Positions 36,581-45,896 of a stretch of 48,664 bases of DNA are shown piece by piece. Under the pieces are notes generated by a model, which worked only from the letters and a program-made list of their open reading frames with translations, ran no database searches and had not been told where the DNA came from. The stretch spans positions 1 through 48,664 of the forward strand of contig JAKJGV010000007.1 of assembly GCA_022704185.1 (NCBI GenBank). Direction: 5' to 3'. The DNA is from Verrucomicrobiota bacterium (GTDB lineage Bacteria > Verrucomicrobiota > Kiritimatiellia > CAIQIC01 > JAGNIJ01). A program made the translations under genes and the position numbers. Within the stretch, counting starts at the first letter, position 1, and every line of letters begins with the position of its first letter.

Positions 36581-38965
36581 ATGGTTGTGAGCAAGAAGAC
36601 CGTACGCACGGGTTGGCGGGAGTTTTGGGGCATTTTGCTGATCGCGTTCAGCATCCTCATCCTTTTAAGCCTGTTGTCGTACACGCCGGAGGATGTCTCC
36701 GTGTTCCGCGAGCCGCCGAACGATCCGGCGCGGAACTTCATTGGGCCCTTCGGCGCATGGCTTTCCTTCGGGCTGTTCGTCGTGCTGGGCCTGGCGGCCT
36801 ACGCGGTACCGCCGATCCTGATGATCGCCGGGCTGTTGCTGATCTTCAAGCGCGAGGGGCGGGTTTGGACGAAGCTGGCATGGATGGGCGGGATTCTCCT
36901 GTTGCTCTCCGTGTTGTTGCAGATCCACGGGCCCGGCTGGAACGTGCTGCAGGGGCGGCTCAGCCTGACCGGCGGCGGCGGTGAACTGGGATACCTCGTG
37001 GGGGAAGGGGTGTTCGTCCGGTTCCTCGGCACCGTGGGCAGCCTGATCCTGGCCTACGCGCTGATGCTGGCTCTCGTCTTTGTCCTGATCGAAATCCATC
37101 CCGTGGTGATCGCCCGCCAGTTCGGGGTGCTGGCGGAGGCGTTGTATCGCAAGCTGGACACGATGATCTCCGAGCACCGGTCCCGCAAGGCGCAGCTCGA
37201 GCGCGAGGAGCGGGAGATCGCGAAGCGGCGGAAACGGCTTGAAGAGGTGATGAAGGAACAGGAAGTCGCCAAGGCGCGCACGCCGGAGCCGAAGCCCGCG
37301 ATCGGGCCGGCGGTGATCATCTCGCCGCCGCGCGTTTCGCTGCCCCTGGCCCCGGCTCCCGAGACGCGCAAGCCGGAGCCGGAGAAGTCGGCGCCTGTCG
37401 CGCCGCGCAGGGAGAAGCCGAAAGAAACGGCCGATGCGAAGGCCATCGCCATGACCTCGCCGCCCTCCGGATACCGGGCGCCGTCGCTGGATCTCCTCGA
37501 TCCGCTGCCGCCGGAGTCGGCGCGCGCGATCACGGGCGATTTTCAGGCCTCCGCGGCCGTATTGAAGGAAACCCTGTCCGAATTCGGCGTGGAAGTGGAT
37601 GTCACCAACGTCGAGCGCGGGCCGGTCGTGACCCGCTACGAGCTGCTTCCCGCGCCGGGCGTGCGCGTGGAGAAGATCGTTCAGCTCAGCAACAACATCG
37701 CGCTGGCGATGAAGGCCGAGAGCGTACGCGTGCAGGCGCCCATCCCCGGCAAGGGCGTGGTGGGCATCGAGGTGCCGAATTCCAAGACGACGATGGTGTT
37801 CCTCCGCGAGATCATGGAGAGCGAGGTCTGGCAGTCGGGCAAGGCCGCTCTGCCGCTGGCGCTCGGCAAGGATGTGGGCGGCCGCGAGATCGTGGCCGAT
37901 CTCGCCGAGATGCCGCACATGCTGATCGCCGGCGCGACGGGTTCGGGCAAGACCGTGTGCATGAATTCCATCCTGGCCGGATTGTTGCTCGCGCGAACGC
38001 CGATCGAGATGCGCCTGATGCTGATCGATCCCAAGATCGTCGAGTTCACGCAGTACAACAAGCTGCCGCATCTCGTCGTGCCGGTCATCACCGACGCCAA
38101 GAAGGTCGCGATCGGGCTGCGCTGGGCGATCACGGAGATGGAGAAGCGCTACCGGATTTTCGCGAAGGCCGGCGTGCGGAACATCAAGGCGTACAACAGT
38201 CGCCCGATCGTCAAGCAGGCCGAGCTCTTCGAAGGCGAAGCGGGGCTCGAAGGGGAGGGCGAGGAGGAGCGCGCGCCCGACCGGCTGCCTTACATCGTGA
38301 TTGTCGTGGACGAGCTGGCGGACCTGATGCTGGTGGCGCAGGCGGAGATCGAGAACTCCATCGCTCGCCTCGCCCAGCTGTCGCGCGCCGTGGGCATTCA
38401 CATGATCCTTGCGACGCAGCGGCCGTCGGTCAACGTGATCACGGGCACGATCAAGGCGAATTTCCCCGCGCGCATTTCGTTCCAGGTGGCGCAGAAAGTG
38501 GACAGCCGCACGATCCTCGACGCCAACGGCGCGGACAAGCTGCTCGGCAAGGGCGACATGCTGTTCCTGCCGCCCGGCAGCAGCAAGCTGATCCGGGCGC
38601 AGGGCACGATGACCAGCGACGCGGAGTTGCGGCGCATCGTGGACTACATCCGCCTGCAGGGCGAGCCCGAGTACGAATCCGAGATTCACGAGAAGATCGA
38701 GCGGAAGGGCGCGGACATTCCGGACGTGGAGGAGGACGACGACCTGCTCGAAGCGGCGATCGAAGTCATCCGTCAGACGCGGCGCGCTTCCACTTCCTCG
38801 CTGCAGCGGCGGCTCCGGATCGGTTACACGCGCGCCGCGAGGCTGGTGGACATCCTGGAGGAGCGCGGAGTGGTCGGGCCGCCCCGGGGTTCGGATCCCC
38901 GCGAGATTCTGATCGATCTGGATGGCGAGATCCCCCAGAATACGACGGGAGACGAGGAGTTGTAG
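36581..38965 (+). CDS. ftsK: DNA translocase FtsK/SpoIIIE
   Basis: N-terminal TM domain, Pro/Lys-rich linker, Walker A AGATGSGKTV, VVDELADLM, ILATQRPS, and a C-terminal gamma domain (STSSLQRRLRIGYTRAARLVDILEERGVVG). Confidence 0.95.
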   Translation: MVVSKKTVRTGWREFWGILLIAFSILILLSLLSYTPEDVSVFREPPNDPARNFIGPFGAWLSFGLFVVLGLAAYAVPPILMIAGLLLIFKREGRVWTKLAWMGGILLLLSVLLQIHGPGWNVLQGRLSLTGGGGELGYLVGEGVFVRFLGTVGSLILAYALMLALVFVLIEIHPVVIARQFGVLAEALYRKLDTMISEHRSRKAQLEREEREIAKRRKRLEEVMKEQEVAKARTPEPKPAIGPAVIISPPRVSLPLAPAPETRKPEPEKSAPVAPRREKPKETADAKAIAMTSPPSGYRAPSLDLLDPLPPESARAITGDFQASAAVLKETLSEFGVEVDVTNVERGPVVTRYELLPAPGVRVEKIVQLSNNIALAMKAESVRVQAPIPGKGVVGIEVPNSKTTMVFLREIMESEVWQSGKAALPLALGKDVGGREIVADLAEMPHMLIAGATGSGKTVCMNSILAGLLLARTPIEMRLMLIDPKIVEFTQYNKLPHLVVPVITDAKKVAIGLRWAITEMEKRYRIFAKAGVRNIKAYNSRPIVKQAELFEGEAGLEGEGEEERAPDRLPYIVIVVDELADLMLVAQAEIENSIARLAQLSRAVGIHMILATQRPSVNVITGTIKANFPARISFQVAQKVDSRTILDANGADKLLGKGDMLFLPPGSSKLIRAQGTMTSDAELRRIVDYIRLQGEPEYESEIHEKIERKGADIPDVEEDDDLLEAAIEVIRQTRRASTSSLQRRLRIGYTRAARLVDILEERGVVGPPRGSDPREILIDLDGEIPQNTTGDEEL

Positions 38966-38972
38966 ATAAACG

Positions 38973-39542
38973 ATGCCGACCCTGGGACAGGTTTTCACGG
39001 AAGCACGCCAACGCAAGAAGGTGACGGCGTCGCAAGCCGCATCGGCCACCCGGATGAAGGTGCAGCACATCGAGGCCATGGAGCGCGACGATTTCAGCCG
39101 CATGGCCGCTCCCATGTACGCAAAGGGCTTCATCAAGATTTACGCGGACTATCTCGGGCTCGATCCCGCGCCTCTCATCGCCGAGTACATGGAACTGCAC
39201 GCGCCGCGCGAGCGTCCGCCGCTGGTGGTCGAGGAAGCGAAGCCGGAGCCGCGCCGGGAATCTGCGATCCGCAATCTCCTGCGCGCGATTGACTGGGGCG
39301 GGATCCGCGGGATGGTGGTGTCCGGGTGGCGCTACATCGCGGGCGCGTTGGCGATTCTTGTCGTGGTGGTGTTTGCGAGCCGCCTGTTGTCGCGTCCGAA
39401 GAAGGCGCCGGCGCCGGAACCGGAGATCGCGGCCGTCCCGGTCGTTGTGGCTCCGCCCGTTGTGCGAAGGCCGTTGCCGGTGATCATGGAGCCGCCGGAG
39501 CCGTATACCGAAAGCGCGGCCGAATCCGCGGGAGTCCCGTGA
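38973..39542 (+). CDS. RodZ-like HTH domain membrane protein
   Basis: LGQVFTEARQRKKVTASQAASATRMKVQHIEAMERDDF and YAKGFIKIYADYLGLD match the RodZ/HTH_25 pattern. One TM helix (IAGALAILVVVVFA). Confidence 0.65.
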   Translation: MPTLGQVFTEARQRKKVTASQAASATRMKVQHIEAMERDDFSRMAAPMYAKGFIKIYADYLGLDPAPLIAEYMELHAPRERPPLVVEEAKPEPRRESAIRNLLRAIDWGGIRGMVVSGWRYIAGALAILVVVVFASRLLSRPKKAPAPEPEIAAVPVVVAPPVVRRPLPVIMEPPEPYTESAAESAGVP

Positions 39543-40126
39543 ACATACCCAATATCCTCACTGTCAGCCGTCTTGCGCTGGCCATCCTGATGATGGCGCT
39601 GCTTTCCCTGGGCTATCCGTTCACCAAGACCCTCGCGCTGCTCGTTTTCATCATCGCGGGGATCACCGATTACTTGGACGGCCATCTCGCGAGGACGCGC
39701 TACGGCATCACCGCCTTCGGCCGGCTGATGGATCCGCTGACCGACAAGGTGCTGGTGTGCGCGGCCTTTGTCGCCTTCGTGGAGCTCAAGCTCGTTCCCG
39801 CCTGGATCGTGGTGATCATCATCTCGCGCGAATTCCTTGTGACCGGGCTTCGGCTGCTCGCGGCGAGCCGGGGGGAAGTGCTGCAGGCCGGGCGCTGGGG
39901 CAAGCACAAGACCGTCTGGCAGATCGTCGCGATTTCGGCGCTCCTGCTGGGGCTGGCCGTCCGGCACGACCTGCTGCGCGCCGCCTCGGCGACCGTTCAG
40001 GAGAACTACGATTTCGCTTTTCACTGGATCGCGCTGGGCGTCTCCATCGCCGTCGCGGCGGTCACGCTGGCCTCCGGCTGGATGTACTTCATGGAACACC
40101 GCGAGCTGATCCAGCACAACCGGTAA
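39539..40126 (+). CDS. pgsA: CDP-diacylglycerol--glycerol-3-phosphate 3-phosphatidyltransferase
   Basis: GTG start overlapping the upstream stop (GTGA). IPNILTVSRL and DYLDGHLARTRYGITAFGRLMDPLTDK are the CDP-alcohol phosphatidyltransferase motif. Confidence 0.85.
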   Translation: MNIPNILTVSRLALAILMMALLSLGYPFTKTLALLVFIIAGITDYLDGHLARTRYGITAFGRLMDPLTDKVLVCAAFVAFVELKLVPAWIVVIIISREFLVTGLRLLAASRGEVLQAGRWGKHKTVWQIVAISALLLGLAVRHDLLRAASATVQENYDFAFHWIALGVSIAVAAVTLASGWMYFMEHRELIQHNR

Positions 40127-40269
40127 CCCGCCTTCCAGCGCCCTGAACGAAGTCCGGGCTCGCCCTATCCAAAAGCCCCGCAATGTAGTAAGCTATCTAT
40201 CCGCCGTCGCGGTTCCGGAGGCGCGGCCCCTGGCGCCCCTGGCGGCATGTGAAAGGAGAGGCATTGCCC

Positions 40270-41778
40270 ATGAACGACACGCTCTTGCCCGGCCAGGAAG
40301 ACCAACCCAAGGAGACCATCTGTTCAAGTTGCGGGCGTTTCGTCGGCGCGCTCACCCGCTGCCCGTACTGCGGCGCGCGCGTCACCAAGCGCCTGAGCGT
40401 CCGCTTCTTCCGATACGCGGCGCTCCTGCTGGGCACCGTCGGGCTTGCGCTGCTCTACATGATGGCGCGCACGCAGCAGATCCCGCGCATCAAGATTTCC
40501 GACATCAAGCCGACCATGAATTTCGCCTACGTGCAGATCGCGGGCACCGTCTCCGGCGACGCGCGGGCGTTCAAGGAAGCGGGCCGCATCCGGTCGCTGC
40601 GCTTCATGGTGGACGACGGAACGGGCGAGATCACGGTCAATGCCTACCGCTCGCAGGCGCAGGCCCTGGCCGACGAGGGACGCCTTCCGCGGCTCGGCGA
40701 CCAGGTGGAGGTGGCGGGGAGCCTGAGCGTGACGGCGGACGGCGATGTCGTGATGCGCCTCCAGGTTCCGGAACAGCTCGTCATCGCCAGCGCCGAAATG
40801 GAAATCACCCCGCTGGGCGAGATCGGCGCGGACAAGGTGGGCACGAGCGTGGTCGTGGAAGGAACCATCGTGGATGTCAACGCCCCGGGACCGACCAGCC
40901 GCGCTCCCTGGAACATGATCGTCCAGGACGACAGCGGCCGCGGGCAGATCACTTTCTGGAAGGACGTGCACGAGGAAATACCGGACAAGCTGATGCTGGC
41001 AAAGGGCAACAAGCTGCGCGCGCGGGTCAGCATCATGACCTATCGCGATGCCATTCAGCTTTCCCTCGCCAATGCTGCGGACCTGGAGTTCCCGGATAGA
41101 CCGTCCAAGGCGCCGGTCAGCCGGACGGCCGGACCCGGCGCGGCATCCGGCCGCGGAGAGGAAATCGAGGTCGGCGACATTACCGCGGAAATGCAGGGCC
41201 GCGCGGTGCGGATCACGGGCCGCGTGAAGGAAATCAACCCCCCGACACTTCCCAAAGCCCCGCACGAAGTCGTGGTCGAGCAGGGGGAGCATTCGATCGC
41301 CGTCGTGTACTGGGACACGGTGGTCCGCAACCTCCGCGAGAACACGCCGATCGTCGGCGCGCAGATCTCCGTCGAGGGAACGGTGGGCGTGTACGAAGGC
41401 AAGTTGCAGCTCAAGGTGAATCACTCCCGGCAGGTCAAGCTGCTGGACGCGGTTCCCGGACGGGTTGAGGAGCCCGGAGCGCCGATCCAGGTATCGGCCA
41501 TCACGAAGGCCATGCTGAAGCAGACCTGCACCGTGCGCGGGAAGCTGGGCGAGCCCCGGTCCATCAGGGGCGGCGTGATCTTTCCGCTGACCGACGATTC
41601 GGGCGAGATCCAGGTGGTTTTGTGGGACCGGCGGGTGCCGGGCGCGGAGCGGGACCGGCTGGCGGCCGGGGCCGTCGTGCTGGTCAGCGGCGAGGTGGAC
41701 GAGTATCGGGGCGCGCTGCAACTCGTGCCTGCCAAACCCCAGCACATCCGCGTGGAGAAGGAGGCGGGTGCGAAATGA
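40270..41778 (+). CDS. hypothetical membrane protein: zinc ribbon, one TM helix, four tandem OB-fold-like repeats
   Basis: CSSCGRFVGALTRCPYCG, TM helix AALLLGTVGLALLYMMA, then four units of about 90 aa. Each unit has the pattern V.(I/V).G.V...........(F/V).(V/L).D.(T/S)G.I.V..W/Y......L..G..V.V.G.V, for example QIAGTVSG...VDDGTGEITVNAY and VRGKLGE...TDDSGEIQVVLW. AGGAG upstream of ATG 40270; the track start is GTG 40249. Confidence 0.6.
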   Translation: MNDTLLPGQEDQPKETICSSCGRFVGALTRCPYCGARVTKRLSVRFFRYAALLLGTVGLALLYMMARTQQIPRIKISDIKPTMNFAYVQIAGTVSGDARAFKEAGRIRSLRFMVDDGTGEITVNAYRSQAQALADEGRLPRLGDQVEVAGSLSVTADGDVVMRLQVPEQLVIASAEMEITPLGEIGADKVGTSVVVEGTIVDVNAPGPTSRAPWNMIVQDDSGRGQITFWKDVHEEIPDKLMLAKGNKLRARVSIMTYRDAIQLSLANAADLEFPDRPSKAPVSRTAGPGAASGRGEEIEVGDITAEMQGRAVRITGRVKEINPPTLPKAPHEVVVEQGEHSIAVVYWDTVVRNLRENTPIVGAQISVEGTVGVYEGKLQLKVNHSRQVKLLDAVPGRVEEPGAPIQVSAITKAMLKQTCTVRGKLGEPRSIRGGVIFPLTDDSGEIQVVLWDRRVPGAERDRLAAGAVVLVSGEVDEYRGALQLVPAKPQHIRVEKEAGAK

Positions 41779-43109
41779 ACGTGGCCCTGATGGTTCTCGC
41801 GGCGACGCTCGTGGGCACCGCGCTCTCGTGCGTGATCTCCATCCTGCCGGCGCTGCACGCATACAATGTGTTGGGCGCGTTCGTGATGGGAATGTTCGCC
41901 CTGACGGCGCGCGGCATCGAGCTGGCGCCGGAGGTCTACCTGCCGTTCATGGTGGGGATGATCGTCGGGTGGTCCATGCTCAACACGATCCCGTCCATCC
42001 TGCTCGGAGCGCCGGATGAAAGCGCGATGTTCACCGTGCTCCCGGGCCAGAAGTACCTGATGTTCGGGCGGGGTTACGAGGGCACGATGATCACGGGCGT
42101 GGGCGGTCTCGCCGGCGTGTATTTTCTCGTCTTCGTCGTCGGGCCTTTCGCTCCGAAGGTGTTGCCGCCCGTGCAGGAAGTGATGCGGCCGCACATGCAC
42201 TGGATCCTCTGGGTGATCATAACGTTCATCCTGATGACCGAGTGGCCGAAGGGCGGCAACTGGGGGCCGGCCGGCTGGCGGAAGTTCTTCGATGCGTGGC
42301 GGTCGCTCGGCGCGGGACTGCTGACGTTTTTCCTTTCCGGCTTCCTCGGGTTCATCCTGCTCTACCGTTCGCCCGTCAGCGTCGACGTGGCGTTCCAGAA
42401 CATCATGCCCGCGTTCGTGGGCCTGTTCGCGGTGCCCTGGTGCCTTCTCAACATCATCAGCGGCACGAGTGTGCCGAAACAGCACATCAGCGAATCGCTG
42501 GATATTGACGGCGACCTGATCCTGCGGAGCGTGGGAGCGGGTGGGCTGGGCGGCGGGTTCGCGGCGTTCTTCCCGGTCGTCACCGGCGGCGTGGGCGGTC
42601 TGTTGGCGGGCCATGCGACAGCGCAGCGCGACGAACGCGTGTTCATCATGTCGCAGGGCGTGTCGAAACTCGTGTACTACGTGGGAGCGTTCATGTTCCT
42701 GTTCGTGCCCGGGCTGGGCATCACGCGCGGCGGCGCGGCGTGGATGATGCGGCAGCTCTACATGCCGCGCACGTATTATGATTACTACATGGTGCTCGCC
42801 TCGATCGCGATCGCGGGCTCGGTGGCGTTCCTCCTGATGCCTCCGCTGACCCGGCTGACGATCTGGTTCATCGAGAAGACGAACTACCGGAACGCATCGG
42901 TGGTCGCGCTGGCGATCGTGCTGGCGATCGTCTACGTCATGACAGGGTGGGGCGGCATGCTGGTCATGATCGTCGCGACGGGCATCGGGTTGATTCCCGT
43001 GCTCTTTGCGTCGCGGCGTTTGAACTGCCTCGGCATCCTCCTGTTGCCGATCGCGTGCAACATGTCCGGCTTCGGCCAGGATATCGCGGCGTGGTTGGGA
43101 TTGATCTGA
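41775..43109 (+). CDS. DUF112 / TctA-like polytopic membrane protein
   Basis: Internal start MNVALMVLAATL, with an ATGA overlap on the upstream stop. IPSILLGAPDESAMFTVLPGQKYL resembles the DUF112 (COG1784) signature as recalled. About 10-12 TM segments. Confidence 0.6.
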   Translation: MNVALMVLAATLVGTALSCVISILPALHAYNVLGAFVMGMFALTARGIELAPEVYLPFMVGMIVGWSMLNTIPSILLGAPDESAMFTVLPGQKYLMFGRGYEGTMITGVGGLAGVYFLVFVVGPFAPKVLPPVQEVMRPHMHWILWVIITFILMTEWPKGGNWGPAGWRKFFDAWRSLGAGLLTFFLSGFLGFILLYRSPVSVDVAFQNIMPAFVGLFAVPWCLLNIISGTSVPKQHISESLDIDGDLILRSVGAGGLGGGFAAFFPVVTGGVGGLLAGHATAQRDERVFIMSQGVSKLVYYVGAFMFLFVPGLGITRGGAAWMMRQLYMPRTYYDYYMVLASIAIAGSVAFLLMPPLTRLTIWFIEKTNYRNASVVALAIVLAIVYVMTGWGGMLVMIVATGIGLIPVLFASRRLNCLGILLLPIACNMSGFGQDIAAWLGLI

Positions 43110-43139
43110 GCGAAGGAAATACGAAGAAAGAAGGTTGTT

Positions 43140-44144
43140 ATGAAAGGTATTTCACATTTCATCTCCGGCGTGACGGCCGCGTCGTTTTGCCCCTGGTCCG
43201 TTCAGGCCGCCATGGAGGGCAATCCGCTCTACTTTGTGCTGGGCGGAATCTTCGGGGTCCTTCCGGACACGCTCGACTTCAAGTTCTACCGGTTCTTCTA
43301 CCATCACGATATCTATGTCGAACCCGACGCCAACAACCTGGACCCGCAACGCATCGCGGAGGAAGCCGCGCGCGCGGTCGAGATGGCCGTCAAGGAAAAG
43401 CGGACGGTTCGCCTGAAACTGTGCACCATCCGGATGGGCGCGGATTTCTGGCGGCAGTACAGCATCAAGTTCGATACGGAGAAGCAGGAGGTCCTCGTTC
43501 GCGTCGGCGCGGTGGTCAACACCGGGCAGGTGCCGGTGCCGGGAAGCGAGAACAAGGAGCAGAAGGTCGGGCGCGCCAAGCTGGCCTACCCGATCGTGCA
43601 GACCTACGACGCGGTCACCAAGGTGGACATCTTCGACGGGCCGACCTTTGCCATGCAGCCCGACGAGCAGGGCCGGGTGGTCCTGCACTTTCTGCCGTGG
43701 CATCGCAGTTGGACGCACAGCTTCACGCTCGGCGCCGCGTTCGCGGCGCTCGGCTGGCTCATCTGGGGCTGGCAGGCCGCCGTGGTCATCATGGCCGGCT
43801 TGTCCGTGCACGTGCTGGAAGACCAGATGGGCCTGATGGGTTCAAACCTGTTCTTCCCGATCACGAAGCGGCGGTTCCACGGCCTGCACCTGATGAGGGC
43901 GGGTGATTCCGTGCCGAATTTCGGCGTGGTCTGGACGTGCTGCCTCCTGATCTTCTGGAACCTCTACCGGCATCTGCCGTCGCCGACCTTCAAGTTCAAC
44001 TTCCTTCAACTCGTGCTCTACGGGGCCGTGATCCCGCTCGGCGCGTACTGGCTCGCGCATTACCTGCTGACGCGCGGAAGACGGGACGAGGCCGCCGCGG
44101 CGCCGGTCCAGGATGAGTTCGACGAGCCCGTCGCGGCGAGCTGA
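43140..44144 (+). CDS. DUF457 (YdjM-like) membrane-bound metal-dependent hydrolase with a large soluble insertion
   Basis: MKGISHFISGV, LPDTLDF, HRSWTHSFTLG and HVLEDQ follow the His/Asp pattern of DUF457. An insertion of about 130 aa lies between the first and second membrane blocks. Confidence 0.5.
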   Translation: MKGISHFISGVTAASFCPWSVQAAMEGNPLYFVLGGIFGVLPDTLDFKFYRFFYHHDIYVEPDANNLDPQRIAEEAARAVEMAVKEKRTVRLKLCTIRMGADFWRQYSIKFDTEKQEVLVRVGAVVNTGQVPVPGSENKEQKVGRAKLAYPIVQTYDAVTKVDIFDGPTFAMQPDEQGRVVLHFLPWHRSWTHSFTLGAAFAALGWLIWGWQAAVVIMAGLSVHVLEDQMGLMGSNLFFPITKRRFHGLHLMRAGDSVPNFGVVWTCCLLIFWNLYRHLPSPTFKFNFLQLVLYGAVIPLGAYWLAHYLLTRGRRDEAAAAPVQDEFDEPVAAS

Positions 44145-44192
44145 CGGTTCCGAATCGTCAAAACAGTCGTGCTTCTGCCCGCGAGTGTATCA

Positions 44193-44678
44193 TCAAGGGA
44201 ACAGCTCGCCCAGCGTGCTCGGGGGAGCCCGCCTGAAGCCCGATCGGCTTGTCGTCCGGATGCGTTTGCGCATCCCTTCGCAATGTTCAAGGAATGTGCC
44301 GCAACCCATGGTTATTCCGCCCGATGCTTCGACCGTTTGTCGTTCCGCGCGGTCGGACGTGACGACCAGTACCTTCCCGGCGTCCGAAGCTTCATGCACA
44401 AGCCGTTCGATCACCGTGTCGGCGGTGTGGTGTCCGGGCGAGAAGAGCACTTCGATGTGAGGCGATTCCTCTGCGAAATCGGAAACCGATCCTCTGCCGT
44501 CGAAAACCACGGTTATCTTCTCGGCGAGCGCGTCGCAGACGTCCTCGATATCGCGAAGCAGTCTTCTGCGGGCGACCATGAGCGCGGGGGTACTCGAATG
44601 CGTCTTGCGGCGATGCATGAGGCTGTATCCGTCCACGATAAGCCAGCGCGCAAGCACGGTGTTTCTCCGGTCGGTCAA
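44193..44678 (-). CDS. NYN domain (YacP/Rae1-like) protein
   Basis: The C-terminal part of ORF 44193..45080 reads WLIVDGYSLMH...ITVVFDG...VLFSPGHHTADTVIERL...VLVVTSDRAERQ, the YacP pattern. The start is uncertain: TTG 44678 (TTGA overlap with the lacI-family stop) or GTG 44657. Confidence 0.6.
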   Translation of the reverse strand: MTDRRNTVLARWLIVDGYSLMHRRKTHSSTPALMVARRRLLRDIEDVCDALAEKITVVFDGRGSVSDFAEESPHIEVLFSPGHHTADTVIERLVHEASDAGKVLVVTSDRAERQTVEASGGITMGCGTFLEHCEGMRKRIRTTSRSGFRRAPPSTLGELFP

Positions 44679-45697
44679 CGCTTCGCGGGCCCGGTCGATT
44701 CGCGGACGACGAGCATTGACGACAGCGTTTCGCGGCATTCCGAGATTTCGTCGCGGAACAGGGCCAGCATGCGTTCGCATGCCTGCTTGCCGAGTTGATA
44801 CAGGTTGTGCCGGACCGTCGTGAGGCCGGGCGTCGTGAAACTGGCCTGCGAGATGTCGTCCACGCCCATCACCGAGACGTCCTCCGGGATGCGAAGGCCC
44901 CGCGTGTGCAGGTAGCGCATGGCGCCGATCGCCATGCGGTCGTTTCCGGCCATGATCGCCGTGAGGTTCGGGTTCTTTTCTACGAGGGACCGGGCGGCCT
45001 CGTAGCCTTCTTCCTGGCTCCAGTCCTTTCCGCCGGGCGCCCACGGCACGTTGCGCTCGGACAGTCCCTTCTCCCGGCAACGGGCGATGAACGCGTCACG
45101 GAAATCGAGACCGGTATACGTGTTCATGCCGGCGATCATGCCGATCGCGCGGTGGCCGAAACCGGTCAGGTGATCCGCCGCCAGCCGCGCGGAATCCTTG
45201 TAGTCCACCGCAATGTAGTTCAGCTTGCTGCCGGGGAAGTAGTGGTTCACCAGCAGGAAGGCGTAGGGGCTTTTCTCGAACACGCGGAGATACTCGTCCT
45301 CGATCGAAGAAGCGATGAAGAGCATTCCATCCGCGCGCCGCGCCTTGAGCAGGTTGATGTACTCCTCGCTTTTCACGAACTGCTCGTTGGCGATGTCGAG
45401 GAGGAGCTTGTAGCCCTGCTGGGTCGCGTGATCGTAGATGCCGCTGACGATTTCGCCGAAGTAAATGTCGGCAAAAACGTGGTTGAGATTGGGGACCACC
45501 ACGCTCAAGGAGTGGCTCATCTGGGATGCCAGGCCGCGGGCGTGCGCGTTCGGCTGGTAGGAGTGCTTCCGCACGGAAGCCAGCACCCGGTTGCGCGTCT
45601 TGTCGCTGATGCGCGGGTTGTTGTTGAGCACCAGCGATACGGTGCTCAGCGAAACGCCGCATTCCTTTGCAATGTCCTTGATCGTGGTCTTGCCCAT
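44675..45697 (-). CDS. LacI family transcriptional regulator
   Basis: TIKDIAKECGVSLSTVSLVLNN HTH plus a periplasmic-binding-protein-like sugar-binding core. Confidence 0.9.
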   Translation of the reverse strand: MGKTTIKDIAKECGVSLSTVSLVLNNNPRISDKTRNRVLASVRKHSYQPNAHARGLASQMSHSLSVVVPNLNHVFADIYFGEIVSGIYDHATQQGYKLLLDIANEQFVKSEEYINLLKARRADGMLFIASSIEDEYLRVFEKSPYAFLLVNHYFPGSKLNYIAVDYKDSARLAADHLTGFGHRAIGMIAGMNTYTGLDFRDAFIARCREKGLSERNVPWAPGGKDWSQEEGYEAARSLVEKNPNLTAIMAGNDRMAIGAMRYLHTRGLRIPEDVSVMGVDDISQASFTTPGLTTVRHNLYQLGKQACERMLALFRDEISECRETLSSMLVVRESTGPAKR

Positions 45698-45816
45698 GTC
45701 GCCCCTCTCCCCGAGCCAGTAGAAACGCTTTATCCATAGCTCTTCCCGTCATCGGAAGCAATAGGATTAGAAGGGGTTAAAGGATGTTTTTGGGGCCGAA
45801 CAAGGGCGGGAGGCCC

Positions 45817-45845
45817 TTGCGGGCGGCCCGGCATGGCAGTATCAT
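45817..45845 (+). promoter_or_regulatory. candidate sigma-70-type promoter TTGCGG-17 nt-TATCAT
   Basis: Hexamers and 17-nt spacing read directly, about 50 nt upstream of ATG 45897. Pattern match only. Confidence 0.3.
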
Positions 45846-45896
45846 ATCGGGAACGGGCCGCATTGCGTTGCGGTGCGCCCCGGAAAGGAGTCACAC

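Noticed and set aside
45719-45735. LacI-type operator GTAGAAACGCTTTATCC just upstream of the LacI-family gene
   Set aside because: Only AAA-N3-TTT symmetry; the half-sites are not complementary around a central CG. Too weak to call.
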